A stretch of DNA of 64,000 nucleotides, taken from positions 1-64,000 of the forward strand of contig JYFJ02001495.1 of NCBI GenBank assembly GCA_000934665.2. The letters run 5' to 3'. A program made the translations under genes and the position numbers. The notes under the pieces are model-generated. The model was not told the DNA's origin and did not search any database. It saw nothing but the letters and a program-made list of their open reading frames with translations. This DNA comes from Catajapyx aquilonaris (lineage: Eukaryota). Positions 1-12,519 of this stretch are shown here, piece by piece (position 1 is the stretch's first letter; each line of letters begins with the position of its first letter).

Positions 1-257
1 TTGACCTGTCTCAGTTTTGCCAACTGCGGCCAACAATGAACAGACCAGAAGGCCTATTTATTGACACACCCGGGTCTGTCCAGTTCCGACGGATTAGGCC
101 TCTGGTTTGGCAGCTAGTTACCTCATGTGAAACCCTCCAGCGAACACCAGAACAGGCCTGTTTCCCACGGATGATCCTTTTTTCCCTCATTAATATTGTT
201 ACATGGGCATTGGACCTAATATCAGCAGGTGCTATTCCCGATTCTCCAGAAAGTAAC

Positions 258-406
258 TCTTATTGATCTCTTGCCAGACACCTCCTTGGTGCAGGTCAGA
301 GACCCTCCCGACGCAGGTGAAAGGAAAGTTCCCCAGGCGGGGATCGAACCTGGGGCCTTTCACTCAGCAAGCCGAGACGTTACCATCTCGGCCACCACAC
401 CTCCCC
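258..406 (-). mobile_element. tRNA-derived SINE, 5' part; may extend to the window start
   Basis: Reverse complement reads GGGGAGGTGTGGTGGCCGAGATGGTAACG...AGGTTCGATCCCCGCC: Pol III A-box and B-box followed by a non-tRNA body. The head resembles that of the SINE ending at 58846. Confidence 0.65.
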
Positions 407-997
407 TACTTCACTTATATATTTCCACCATACATCTTTATCTATGCTTATTATCTCTTGAGGTTCTTAAGTCGTTTTTCAACTGTGAAATTATTTCTTC
501 AATTTGATAGCCTGGGTACTCCGCAATTCGCGCATTAAAGTCACCCACAATAATTATTGGAATTCCTAATTCAAACATACTGGCCTGTGTGGCAAGACAA
601 GCAATGATTAATGGAACTTGTTGAAATGAAACCTATTTGATTAGGCATATATATACAATAAAATTATTGTCCCGCGTCTTTGTACTGTCCAGCATCATAC
701 TGCTAGTGACATTTTCCGATGCGGTAGACGTGCAAATCGAAGTGATAGAGTGCGACTCACAAGATTTATTATTCATCATTGCATGCTGTATTGGGTGTGC
801 CCGAATGGCGGGCAAGGCGCGGCAAGGCTTTTTAAATGTTAATAATAACCTAACAATTGATGGGTAATTGATTTCCTTTTCTGCACAACGAGTGCGACTC
901 CGTACATTTTGCAATCAGTTCTGTGGCGTACAGGTCGGCATAATTTCTGCAGTACACACTCTAAAGGATAGTGTTTCTTGGTACAATTACGAGAGTC

Positions 998-2429
998 ATG
1001 GAAGACGTGGTGGTTAGCACTCCTCGTAAAGTGAATTCACAAGATGAGGGTTGCCTGAAATGGGCGTTTTATCCACTCGCCTTGATGTCAGTGGTCGGAG
1101 GGATGCTGCCCATCACTTTCATCTGACACAGGACCAAGCAAATACGGTATTGTCGACGGTGGCCTGCTCTTGTCAACTGCATTGCACTTGTTGTCAGTTA
1201 CGCTTATTGCTTTGTTACACCTCCGAAATATTGGCGTGTTTTCGAAAAGGCTAGTCCTACAGCATTTTGCGAGAGTGTAATATTATTTTCAGCACAATTA
1301 GCATTGCCTGTGATTATTTTTGTGATTATTCAGGCAAAGGACAGAGACATTCTCCTACTTCTGGAGAGAATAAGTTCGGTACAAACTGACTTATCTGATT
1401 CATCGCCCAAAATGAACCTCAAACTACGGAGGTTCTCGTACCTCATGGCTTTTATCATGGTCTGCCTTGTTAGTTCGACAACATTTTCATGGACATCTCC
1501 ATACATCATACCTCCTCGCGTTCCGGCTACCCCCGAAGACATGTTGTTGTTTACATTGCTTACACACGGTTGCTACCTAATGAAAGTGCCAATGATGCAG
1601 GTAGTATTTTTTGCACTGGCCATCAAGAAATGCTTGAAGGAAGTGAATGCAATGTGTCATTCATCAGCACAAGACGAACGGAAGACGCGTCCTGCCTGGG
1701 TCAAAGGTCACTCGGACCCCATTACATCCAGGAAGGGTCTGGACGTGGCCTGCAGAAATTTTGTCGAACTGTACGACATCACAGAGCTCGCCGGCAAGAC
1801 TTACGGCGGAATACTAGCAGTCCAATACTCTGCCTTTCTCTTGGAGACAATTGTATCCTTATTCTACATGGTGTATCATGCAGCAGCCATGGACCCATTC
1901 GATCTGACATCAAGTGCTACTTGCATCTTGTTGAACATATTTATCGTCTCCTTCCTCGCAATTCTGCTGGGGAATATATCTACTGAGGTAAGTGTAGGAC
2001 ATCAATAGTAATTTAACTATTTCACTCCATCTATTATTGCTGCTTTTCATAGGCCACTGGGAGTGTGAGTGACCTGATGATCATCTGTATTGAGTCAGAC
2101 AATCGTAAGGACGTTGGATATGTACGTTAAAGGTTAAACTGTTATAGAGTGTCTCATGTAGTTTCTAAATACCAGCTAATGCCCTTCTTCCTTCTTCTCC
2201 AGGCCAAACATATGCTTCGTCTGATGTCGGTTTCTCCGATCCAGATCACTGCTTCTCACTTCTTCTCCATCAAGCATGGTCTGGTCACATCTGTGAGTCA
2301 ATTATGATCACAGGTTGCAGCCTATCCCGACCTTCTAACATACGTCATTTTTTATTATTTCAGCTCCTGGGCACAATGTGCACTTACATAATTATTATGA
2401 CTCAGTTTAGAGGAGCTGAACACCAATAA
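998..2429 (+). pseudogene. Gustatory receptor GR-1 with one premature TGA at codon 43; exons 998-1987, 2053-2121, 2203-2292, 2364-2429
   Basis: ATG GAA GAC GTG start as in paralogs. TTC ATC TGA CAC at 1124-1126 where paralogs have CGA. The rest of the frame is open, all GT-AG sites are intact, and the last exon reads LLGTMCTYIIIMTQFRGAEHQ*. Confidence 0.85.
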
Positions 2430-3098
2430 TAATCTATAGAAAACTCCCTACCTTCATGTTTCAAGCTAAGACACAATGGAACATGGTTATAGTAACACTT
2501 CTACAGTCCACGACTGTCACTGGCTTATATCACGTGACTTATTTTTAACATGCACTTTCCAGAAATATTACTATTACCTTTTATCAACAATATTAGTAAG
2601 AGGTTTCCTTATTTAAATGTAACTGCTTGTAACAACTTCGAACTGGAAAATGTATAATTTCTAAGGACATCTACTTGTAATGAAGAATGTTGCAAATTAG
2701 GCTATGCTGATTACACTGCTCTCTTGCACTAAGAGACTAAGACATTACTTACATCATGAAATTCCGGAAGAACCTAACAATGTTTTTTCTGGTGGAAAGA
2801 CCTTAATAATTTTTAAAGCAATATTAATATCCTATGATGAAAGGCGATATAGATTAGTGAATTGACCTTGAGGTTTTCCTCTGAATTAGCTCACTGCGTG
2901 TTGGAGGAACAAAAAAAATCTAAGACAGTTGTTAAGACATGTGGTGGAATGGAGCAGAATTGATTAATGCTTCGCATGTCAGAAAAATAGGCTACATCTT
3001 ATTGGCATTAAATTCTATATTATAGCTGTACATGAGGAGCCAGCGACATGCGAGGTGAAAACAAACTCAAGGATAGTGTTTCTGGTACAATTAGAGTC

Positions 3099-4508
3099 AT
3101 GGAAGACGTGGTGGTTAGCACCACTCCTCGTAAACTGAATTCACAAGATAAGGGTTGCCTGAAATGGGCGTTTTATCCAGTCGCCTTGATGTCAGTGGTT
3201 GGAGGGTTGTTGCCCATCACTTTCATACGACAAACAACGAGAGAAATGCGGTATTGCAGAAGGTGGCCGGCACTTGTTAACTGCCTTCTACTTGTTGCAT
3301 TTTATAGTTACTGCTTCATTAGACCTCCGTATTGGTGGAATTATTTGAAAATGGCTAGGCCTACATCGGTGTTTCAAAGTGTAACATTATTTTTAGCAGA
3401 ACTCGCATTGCCTCTGAACATTTTTGTGATTATTCAGACAAAGGCTAGGGACATACACCAACTTGTAGAGAGAATCAGATCAGTGCAAGTGGATTTATCT
3501 AATTCATCTCACAAAATGAACCTCATCCTCCGGAGGTGCTCGTACTTCATGATATTTAGTGTGGTCTGTCTTGTTAGTTCGACACCATTAGCCTGGATAG
3601 CTACATACTATACAGGTCCTCGTGACGGAACTAGATACGAAGACATAGTGTTGTTTGCATTGCTTACTCATAGCTCCTACATCATGAAAGTGCCAGTGAT
3701 GCAAGAAATATTTTTTGCACTGGCCATCAAGAACTGCTTGAAGGAAGTGAATGCGATCAGTCATTCATCAGCACAAGATGAACGGAAGACGCGTCCTGCC
3801 TGGGTCAAAGGTCACTCGGACCCTATTCCTTTCAGGAAGGGTCTGGATGTGCCCTGCAGGAATTTTGTCAAACTGTACGAAGTGACTGAGCTCACTGGCA
3901 AGACATTCGGCGGAATACTCACACTCCAATACGCTGCTTTTCTATTGGATATGATTTCAATCTTGTTCTATATAGTATATCTAGCTGACATCATAGATTT
4001 CTTCGATCTGATATCAAATGCTACTTACATCTTGTTGAACATAGCTCTCTACTTCTTCCTCGCCATCCTTCTGGGTAAAATATCCACAGAGGTAAGTGTA
4101 GACATTAATAGTAACTCGTTCACTCCATCTATTATTGTTGTTTTTATATCATAGGCCACTGGGAGTGTGAGTGACCTGATGAGCATCTGCATTCACTCAC
4201 ACAATCCAAGGGACGTAGGTTATGTAAGTCTAATAGTGTCTCACGTATTATCACCCACTAATTACTCTTCTTCCTTCCCCAGGCCAAACATATGCTTCGT
4301 CTGATGTCGGTTTCTCCTATCCAGATCACTGCTTCTCACTTCTTCTCCATCAAACACGGACTGGTCACATCTGTGAGTGAATAATGATCACATACTGACA
4401 TCATGAACAAGCCTTCTCTCCTGATTGCAGATCCTGGGCACCATATGCACTTACTTCATTATGCTGGCTCAGTTCAGAGGAGCTGAACACACCAAAAATA
4501 ATCCATGA
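3099..4508 (+). CDS. Gustatory receptor GR-2; exons 3099-4091, 4155-4223, 4283-4372, 4431-4508 (in-frame upstream ATG at 3048 possible)
   Basis: Long hydrophobic ORF, three phase-0 introns, exon 3 ...IQITASHFFSIKHGLVTS, exon 4 ILGTICTYFIMLAQF (GR TM7 motif). Confidence 0.9.
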
Positions 4509-4740
4509 AGACACCCCCACAATTAAAGTTTTCATCCATGTCAAAATACTGTACAATTACAAGGTCATTATAACTTTTCTAATGTCCTCATTAAGGCAAT
4601 TAAAACAGAGTGTGATTATTATTGACTTATTTGATGACGCTATCAGGAACATTGATTGTACTGTACGAGTTGTTTATAAAAAGACACTGAAGAAAATTTC
4701 GGGATGTCCATTCTTCTTGATAAGACATCCTCAGCCTGAA

Positions 4741-7700
4741 CTACAATATTGCCATCACTTTAATGACTTCAGCTGACGAGTCGATTCGGTACCATGAGAT
4801 TAGGAAGGTCGCGTTGTCATTCGCGTCGCCGTCGCTTTCACCGTTATCTACATAGTTGTCGCTTTCGTCGTCAGTGATGCTGCCCTCCTGATCCTCTTCG
4901 CCGTTCTGTTCCCCATCGCCCTCGTCGTCCGAGCTGTCGTTGTCCTCTCCGTCCTGCTCCTCGCCCTCGTCCTCCTCGTCGCTGTCGAAAGACCCGCTGA
5001 ACATCAGCATGACATCCATCTGCTTTGAGAAGTGATCGTACTGTCTGAAGGTCTCCACCACCTCCACAGGCGACGCCTCCAACTCTTGGAAATACATTGT
5101 CACTGACTCGAGGTCAGGCCCGAAGCTGTTGAACACGATCGGTAGTATCTCGAGTGTCATCCCGGAGCTGGTCAGGCAGAGCTTCCTCAGACTCCTCATG
5201 GGGTTGTCGGTGATCATTTTCGAGAAGACGGCGTCGGTCAGGACCTTCCCGTGGAACAGCTCTAGCTCCGTGATGTCCGAGCAGTGCGACGTCAGGCAGC
5301 GGAGGTGGATAATGTTCAGGTGCTCCCTGGTGTCCATTATGTCCAGGTATTTCAGGTGTCTGAAAGGAGTGTCCAGCATCCCCATTTTGGGCAGATGAAG
5401 GGCCATGGAGCACTCGGAGATGGAGAGTGACGTCAGGTTCGGAAACAAGCACCTGTAGTTGTATAGAAAAATGTATTTAAATGTATTTAATTTAAGTTAC
5501 AATAATTGCAATACATTTAATTAATTTAAAATTAAATGTACAGTACTTAATTTAATTTAAATGTATTAATTTGAATGTATATTATTAAATGTAAGTAGAG
5601 TACTAAGGGAAAGTTGTTTGGTTGCTTATTCATGCCAACGGAGATACCATGGCAACAATGCCATCCACCACTCTCTCAATGGTTCCATGATGCCAACAAT
5701 GATTTTGTTTGTTATTGTTGATCACTATGGAAACAGGTCGTGCGAAGAACAGGCTCCGCTACTACAGTAGTATAAGGGGCCGTCCAGACGGGCCGACCTT
5801 GGCCGCGGCCGGCACCGGCACCGGCCCCGGCACCGGCTTGCGGAGCCACGGCTGGCCACGGTACCCGTTCAGACGGGCACATATTTAATTTATTTGTAAT
5901 AGTGGCCGGTAGTCATGGCAGCGACGAAAAACAAGTGACGCGCAGTATCCGTCGCCGAGGCCAAGCCGTGGCCAAGCAGCGAGCCAACTTCCAGGAAGTC
6001 GGCCAACTTGGCCGACTTCTGAGCCGTGGCCTGGCCGTGGCCGTTGCCGTGTGAACCGTCGCGGCCTCGACCAGCCGCGGCTGGCCGCGGCTAAGGTCGG
6101 CCCGTCTGGACGGCCCCTAAGATATCACAAACTGTCGTCATACGCTTACCACAGCTGCTCTAAGTCCAGGCAGTTGCAGTCCCACGTCGAGAACACCGTG
6201 ACGTTGGGCAGCGACGACATCTGAAGGGACAACGCCACGTCCACTCGCTCGACCATCATCAGATCCAGGGTGGTCAGCCTGGTCAGACACGTCGTCAGCT
6301 CCCGTATCCTCTCGGCCGGAGACTGGCAGACGCTCAGCCGCCTCAGGTGCTGAAGGTCGTTCAATGGGGTCAGGGGGTCGTCCGGAAGCCTCAGGAAGAT
6401 CTCAGCCAGGTTCGAAAAGGTGCTGACCAGACGGGGCAGCATGTGCGGGATATCGAAGATCAGGTCCAGCGTCTTGAGTCCGTAAGGCCGTTCACGCGGT
6501 GTCTGTTGATGAAACATCAGGTTTTTGCCTCTGGACAAACAGACAGACAGAGAGGACCTTCTCATTTATACATAGACTACAGATAAAGAATTCTACGACC
6601 GCAACCGAGTGCGCACCACAGTTCGCGCAGCTTTCAGGGTTGGAATAATTAATTGTAGTAGATTGTGATGAACTGATGATACAATACAGACCTGAATCAC
6701 TTGTGCGATCAGCTGGTGATTTCGACAGGATAACTGAGCCAGTTTCGGGACGGTGTCCAGGATGTTGACGACTTGCGCGGGGCTGTCCCCCGTGTACATT
6801 ACAGACACACTCTGCAGGTTGGGACAGCCGGCCAGAGTGAACTGCTTCTGGGTGGTCAAGTCCCAATGGAAGCACAGGTCCTGCAGGTTCGGACAGTGGT
6901 TGGACAGGACAGTAGCCAGGTCGTACTCGTCCGTGATGATCGCCTCCGGGAGATGCAGGGTCTGAAGCTTGTTCAGGTACGGCAGGCTCTGAACTAGCCT
7001 GGCGACGCTGGTCCTCGCGATGACGGTGGATATTGCGGCGTAGGTCAGGTCCCTCATGATCGGTAGGTGGTTGATGGCCTCATCTGCTGCGTCCGTGTTA
7101 AATGACCGGTTTATCCTGAGACGCGTGCACTTGCGATGAAACGCGCCCCACAGGTACAGCTTGGTGTCCGAGTGGTTAGCATGAACTTCGGCCAACTTCA
7201 GTATGGCCTCCATGTAAGCGTTGGCGAAGAGGTGAGGTATGGTCTGAATGTACCTGTGCACTTGCATCAAGCCAGTGTAAACCTCCTTGCATTTGTCCCA
7301 CACCAGGTGCATGATTCCGACAGTACTTGCATCCGACAGTGATAACGACGGGGTGCTAGGAGTGACTGAAACATAATGATTGAACAGATGAAAGAGTTGT
7401 ACCAAAACGTGGAAACACTACCTTTCGTAGAACCCACGGTCTTATAATATCAATGCTAACAATAATTGTGCTAAAGCCAGAATCGTCCGGCAGGATCGCC
7501 ACGCGGTTGAGCACTACAGAGGTGCTGAAGCGGCAATCCCACTCCCTAGAGCCTAGACCCACAGATGATAAGGGCACGCGATAAGAGGGGGAGTGTCCAG
7601 ACCTGTACATTATAAGACCGTGACGTAGATGAGGAGTCACCAACACGGACGAAGTCTTGCTAGCCAATTATATATTATAAGATTATACGCTTCTGCTCAC

Positions 7701-7926
7701 CCTTCACGTGGATGTGGAGACTGGACACATCCGCTCCTTGAACCATAACTTGATCGATCAGAACTTCCTGGCATTTCTGGAGGAAGGATGGTAGACTGTT
7801 GTTAATCCACTGTTTAAGGTCGTGCGGGAAGGGTCTGTGGACACTCCTGATGGCTTCGGCTATGGTTACGACCAGCTGGTTCAAACTAGTGAACTCCAGC
7901 GATTGGGGTTGGAGGTACACAGGCAT
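4741..7926 (-). CDS. Multi-exon leucine-rich-repeat-like protein with an acidic C-terminal tail; possible N-terminal BC-box/F-box-like segment
   Basis: Colinear ORF segments 7701-7926 (MPVYLQPQSLEFTSLNQLV...LPSFLQ), about 6690-7360, about 6150-6530 and 4741-5452 with LxxLxL repeats (LNKLQTLHL, CPNLQDLCF, LQHLRRLSV, FPNLTSLSI, LRKLCLTSS) and a D/E-rich tail. The exon junctions between 7360 and 7700 could not be resolved. Confidence 0.65.
5776..6117. mobile_element. PIF/Harbinger (Tourist-like) MITE in an LRR-gene intron
   Basis: 35-bp terminal inverted repeats GGGGCCGTCCAGACGGGCCGACCTT(G/A)GCCGCGGCC with one mismatch, flanked by TAA on both sides (5773-5775, 6118-6120). GC-rich non-coding interior. 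Confidence 0.9.
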
Positions 7927-8511
7927 GGCTGCAACACAACTAAGCCAGCACCCTCTTAATGCTTCACAAGCATGGCTCACCTGAGTAAGCTGAAGAGATG
8001 GGTGAGATGAGATGGGTTACGATTGCAGCTATGAGTCCAAAATTTACGGTTAATTTGGGGGGAATTTGTGTCTGGTTCTTCCGGAGTTTGTGTATACGTT
8101 GCGCGTATCTATAGCAATATTATTAACGACAGTGACCAGTGGCGCCAGTACGATACAGGAAAAGGGGACAACGGTAATAATAGTGTTTCATTTTAAGGCC
8201 AAGGGCCACATTATGACAAATTATTCGCAGACTATTGGGGACATGATTGAGTAAGGTGGGTAATGGATTAGTGGATTGACCTTAGGTTTGTCCTCGGGAT
8301 TAGCTTACTGCGTGTTGGAGGGACAAAAAATGCCTCCTTGAAGAAGAAGAAAGACAGTTGAGACGGATGGTGGAATCAAGAAGAATGGATCAATGCTTCA
8401 CAGCCATGTCAGAAATGTGTCTTATTGGCATTAAATTCTACATTATACATGAGGAGGAACACGCAAGGTGAAAGCAAGCTCAACGATCCTGTGCTTGGAA
8501 ATATTAGAGTA

Positions 8512-10014
8512 ATGGAAGACGTGGTGGTTAGCACTCCTCGTAAAGTGAATTCTCGAGATAAGGGTTGTCTGAAATGGGCGTTTTATCCAGTCGCCTTGAT
8601 GTCAGTGCTCGGAGGGATGCTGCCCATCGCTTTTATCCGACACAGGACCAAGCAAATACGGTATTGTCGACGGTGGCCTGCTCTTGTTAACTGCCTTCTA
8701 CTTGTTGCCTGTTACGTTCATTGCTTCATTTCACCTCCGTATTGGTGGACTTATTTGAAAAAGGCTGGGCCTACATCAGTGTTTCAAAGTGTGACATTAT
8801 TTTTAGCAGAATTAGCATTTCCTCTGATCATTTTCGTGATTATGCAGACAAAGGCTAGGGACATACACCAGCTTCTAGAGAGAATCAGATCAGTGCAAGT
8901 GGATTTATCTGATTTCTCACCCAAAATGAATCTCAAACTGCGGAGGTGCTCGTACCTCATGGTATTTAGTGTGATATGTCTTGTTAGTTCGACACCATTA
9001 GCCTGGATAGCTACATACTATAGAGTTCCTCGCGAAGGAACTAGATACGAAGACATGGTGTTGTTTACAATGCTTACACACAGCTCCTACTTCATGAAAG
9101 TACCAGTGATGCAAGAAATATTTTTTGCACTGGCCATCAAGAATTGCTTGAAGGAAGTGAATGCGATCAGTCATTCATCAGCACAAGATGAACGGAAGAC
9201 GCGACCTGCCTGGGTCAAGGGTCACCCGGACCGCATTCGAACCAGGAAAGGTCTGGATGTGGCCTGCAGGAATTTTGTCAAATTGTACGAAGTGACTGAG
9301 CTCACTGGCAAGACATTCGGCGGAATACTCACACTCCAATACGCTGCTTTTCTATTGGATATGATTTCAATATTATTCTACATGGTGTACCAATCAGGAA
9401 TCATAGACCTCTTCGACATGATATCAAATTCTACTTACGTCTTGTTGAACATAGCTCTCTACTTCTTCCTCACCATTCTTCTGGGTAAAATATCTACAGA
9501 GGTAAGTGTAGGATATTAATAGTAATGAAATAATAATTGAATTATTAAAATAATGTTTCCTGCTTCCCCCCCCCCGAATCTATAGTCATTGTAAGTTAAT
9601 TTAACTCCTTCTTTCCAATTTAATTTTGTATTCTTATTTATGTGATAGGCAACCAAGGGTGTGAGTGACCTGATGGGCATCTGCATTGACTCAGACAATC
9701 GAAGGGACATAAGTTATGTAAGTGGAATACGTGCAAGTGTCTCACATGATAAACCACTGGTATTTATACTTCCTTCTCCAGGCCAAACATATGCTTCGTA
9801 TGATGTCGGTTTCTCCAATCCAGATCACTGCTTCTCACTTCTTCTCCATCAAGCATGGGCTGGTCACATCTGTGAGTCAATTGTGATCACATGCTGCAGC
9901 TTATCCTGACTCTCTAACAGATTGTCCTGATTGCAGCTCCTGGGCACCATATGCACTTACTTCATTATTCTGGCTCAGTTTCGAGGAGCTGAACACAGCA
10001 AAAGTAATACCTAG
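8512..10014 (+). CDS. Gustatory receptor GR-3; exons 8512-9501, 9649-9717, 9782-9871, 9937-10014
   Basis: Same architecture and TYFIILAQF motif. Exon 1 and upstream flank closely resemble GR-2. Confidence 0.9.
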
Positions 10015-10017
10015 AAG

Positions 10018-10640
10018 CAGTGCCGGCGAGTGGTGGGAGGAGGGAGCGGGGCGGCCGCCCCGGGCCCCGCGGCCGAGGGGGCCCCGCGCCCAGGTGTCTA
10101 TTTAACATAATTTATATTGAATGGCCACATTCACTTTAATTCGCTCCTTTTTATAGGAGATAAAACATAGAAAAGTGACAATAATTTTTGATGGCCCTGT
10201 GAGATATTTGAGAGTTTTTGGAAAAGTAAATGTTCAATGAAAAAATTGAATTTTAATATATCGATGGTACCCAATATTTTCAGCTCGGCCACTGGCTTTA
10301 TAATCGTGCTATTTATGATCGCCTTTAATTGTAATTAACCTCCTGAGACGCCTGGTACAGTATACTGTACCTTTGTTTTTTTCCAGCACCTTCTGACTAA
10401 CTCAAACGCGTAAAAAAACAAAAACAAAGGTACAGTATACTGTACTCCGGCCCAGCCCAAGAAAGTTTCAACTTGAGATATTTATGTATTATGGTTGTAA
10501 TATGTCAACAGCCAGTTAAAGTTTTACGACTTGTCATGTAACTAAGGGAAAATCAAGAATGTATCCCATTCTCGGTCATGTCACAATGAGAGCATAATAA
10601 TAAATTATTTTTCTTGGCCACTGGCCTATACTGTACCTTG
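10018..10640. repeat. Probable DNA-transposon fragments just downstream of GR-3
   Basis: Abrupt GC-rich CAGTGCCGG...GGGGCCCC block at 10018. Palindromic GGTACAGTATACTGTAC motif near 10355 and 10430, with a half copy near 10630. No matching ends identified. Confidence 0.35.
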
Positions 10641-10906
10641 GCACAATTCGTGTAAAAATATGGACCAAAAACATTCGAGCTTATACGATATTCCTCTTCT
10701 CAGAATAGGTTTTTCGATAATATTGACTTGGGAATGCCAATAGTCTCTTATAATAATTGCTCCATCTGCTTCGAATGGTTCAATGCTTCACGGGTGTGTC
10801 AGAAGCATATCCGATTGGCATTTATTCCTTCATTATACACGAGGAGCGACACGCAAGGTAAAAACATACTCTAGGATTGTATGCCTGTTACAATATTATT
10901 ACAGTC

Positions 10907-12311
10907 ATGGAAGACGTGGTGGTTAGCACTACTCGTAAAGTGAATTCACAAGATAAGGATTGTCTAAAATGGGCGTTTTATCCAGTCGCCTTGATGTCAG
11001 TGGTCGGAGGGATGCTGCCCATCACTTTCATCCGACACACCACCAAACAAATGAGCTGTTGTCGACGGTGGCCTGCTCTTGTGAACTGCATTTCACTTGT
11101 TGTCTGTTACTCATATTGCTTCGTTACACCTCCAGAAGCGTGGAGTTCATTGAAAACGGCTAGCCCTACATCGGTGTTCCATACCGTAATATTACTATCA
11201 GCAGAATTAGTTTTGCCTCTGATCATTTTCGTTATTATTCAGACAAAGGACAGGGACATACGCATACTTCTAGAGCTAATCAATTCAGTGCAAATGAATT
11301 TATCTCATTCGTCGCCCAAAATGAACCTCACCCTCCGGAGGTGCTCGTACTTCATGGCATTTAGCGTCGTCTATCTTGTTAGTTCGACAACATTAGCCTG
11401 GACAGCTTCACACTATGTAGTGCCTCGCGAAGTAACTAGACCAGAAGACATTGTGTTGTTTATATTGCTTACTCACAGCTCTTACCTAATGAAAGTACCA
11501 GTGATGCAGGCAATATTTTTTGCACTGGCCATCAAGAACTGCTTGAAGGAAGTGAATGCGATCAGTCATTCATCAGCACAAGACGAACGGAAGATGCGTT
11601 CTGCCTGGCTCACATGTCACACGGATCCGTCTCGATCCAGAAAGGGTCTGGAAGTGGCCTCCAAGAATTTCGTCCAACTGTACAACGTGACTGAGCTCAC
11701 TGGCAAGACATTCGGGGGAATACTCACACTCCAATACGCTGCTTTTCTATTGGATATTATTTCAATATTATTCTACATGGTATATGAAGCAGAAATTGTA
11801 GATTTATTCGATGTGATATCAAATGCTACTTACATATTGTTGAACATAATTTTCGTCGTCTTCCTCACCCTTCTTCTGGGTAAAATACCTATTGAGGTAA
11901 GTATAGCACCTATTAAATATTTTGTCAAAATTTAACTTCTTAACTATGGTACTGTCGTAGGCCACTGGGAGTGTGTGTGGCCTGATGAACATATGCATTC
12001 ACTCAGACAATCCAAGGGACGTAGGTTACGTAAGTAGAATACGTTCATGTGTCTCACATGGTAACCTATGCCTCTATTTGCTTCCAGGCCAAACATATGC
12101 TTCGTCTGATGCTGGGTCCTCTGATCCAGATCACTGCTTCTCATTTCTTCTCCATCAAGCATGGGCTGGTCACATCTGTGAGTTAGAAATGGTTACATGT
12201 TGCAGCCTATCACGACATGTCTTTTTATTGCAGCTCCTGGGCACCATATGTACATACTTCATTATATTGGCTCAGTTCAGAGGAGCTGAACACACCAAAA
12301 ATAATCCATAG
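10907..12311 (+). CDS. Gustatory receptor GR-4; exons 10907-11896, 11961-12029, 12088-12177, 12234-12311
   Basis: Intact ORF, conserved phase-0 introns, LLGTICTYFIILAQFRGAEHTKNNP*. Confidence 0.9.
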
Positions 12312-12519
12312 AATAACGGCCACACTCCTGTTTCAAGCTATAGGACACAAGGTCGGGCCTGTGACATCAACCGGATACCAATAATCCAGTCATGCCATGC
12401 ACAAGGTACATTAACAGAATGTCTCTCCCGAGGCTCGTTAGCAAACCAGTAGTTCGATACACCTACTTCTGTCACGCTATTCGGACAACAGCACGACTAG
12501 TCTGATCCTACACACTGCG

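Noticed and set aside
330..406. tRNA gene
   Set aside because: A/B boxes are present but the sequence continues into a SINE-like body and I could not build a convincing cloverleaf. The same applies at 58770-58846.
1124..1126. Selenocysteine codon in GR-1
   Set aside because: Paralogs have Arg (CGA), not Cys, at this position, and no SECIS-like structure was recognised downstream.
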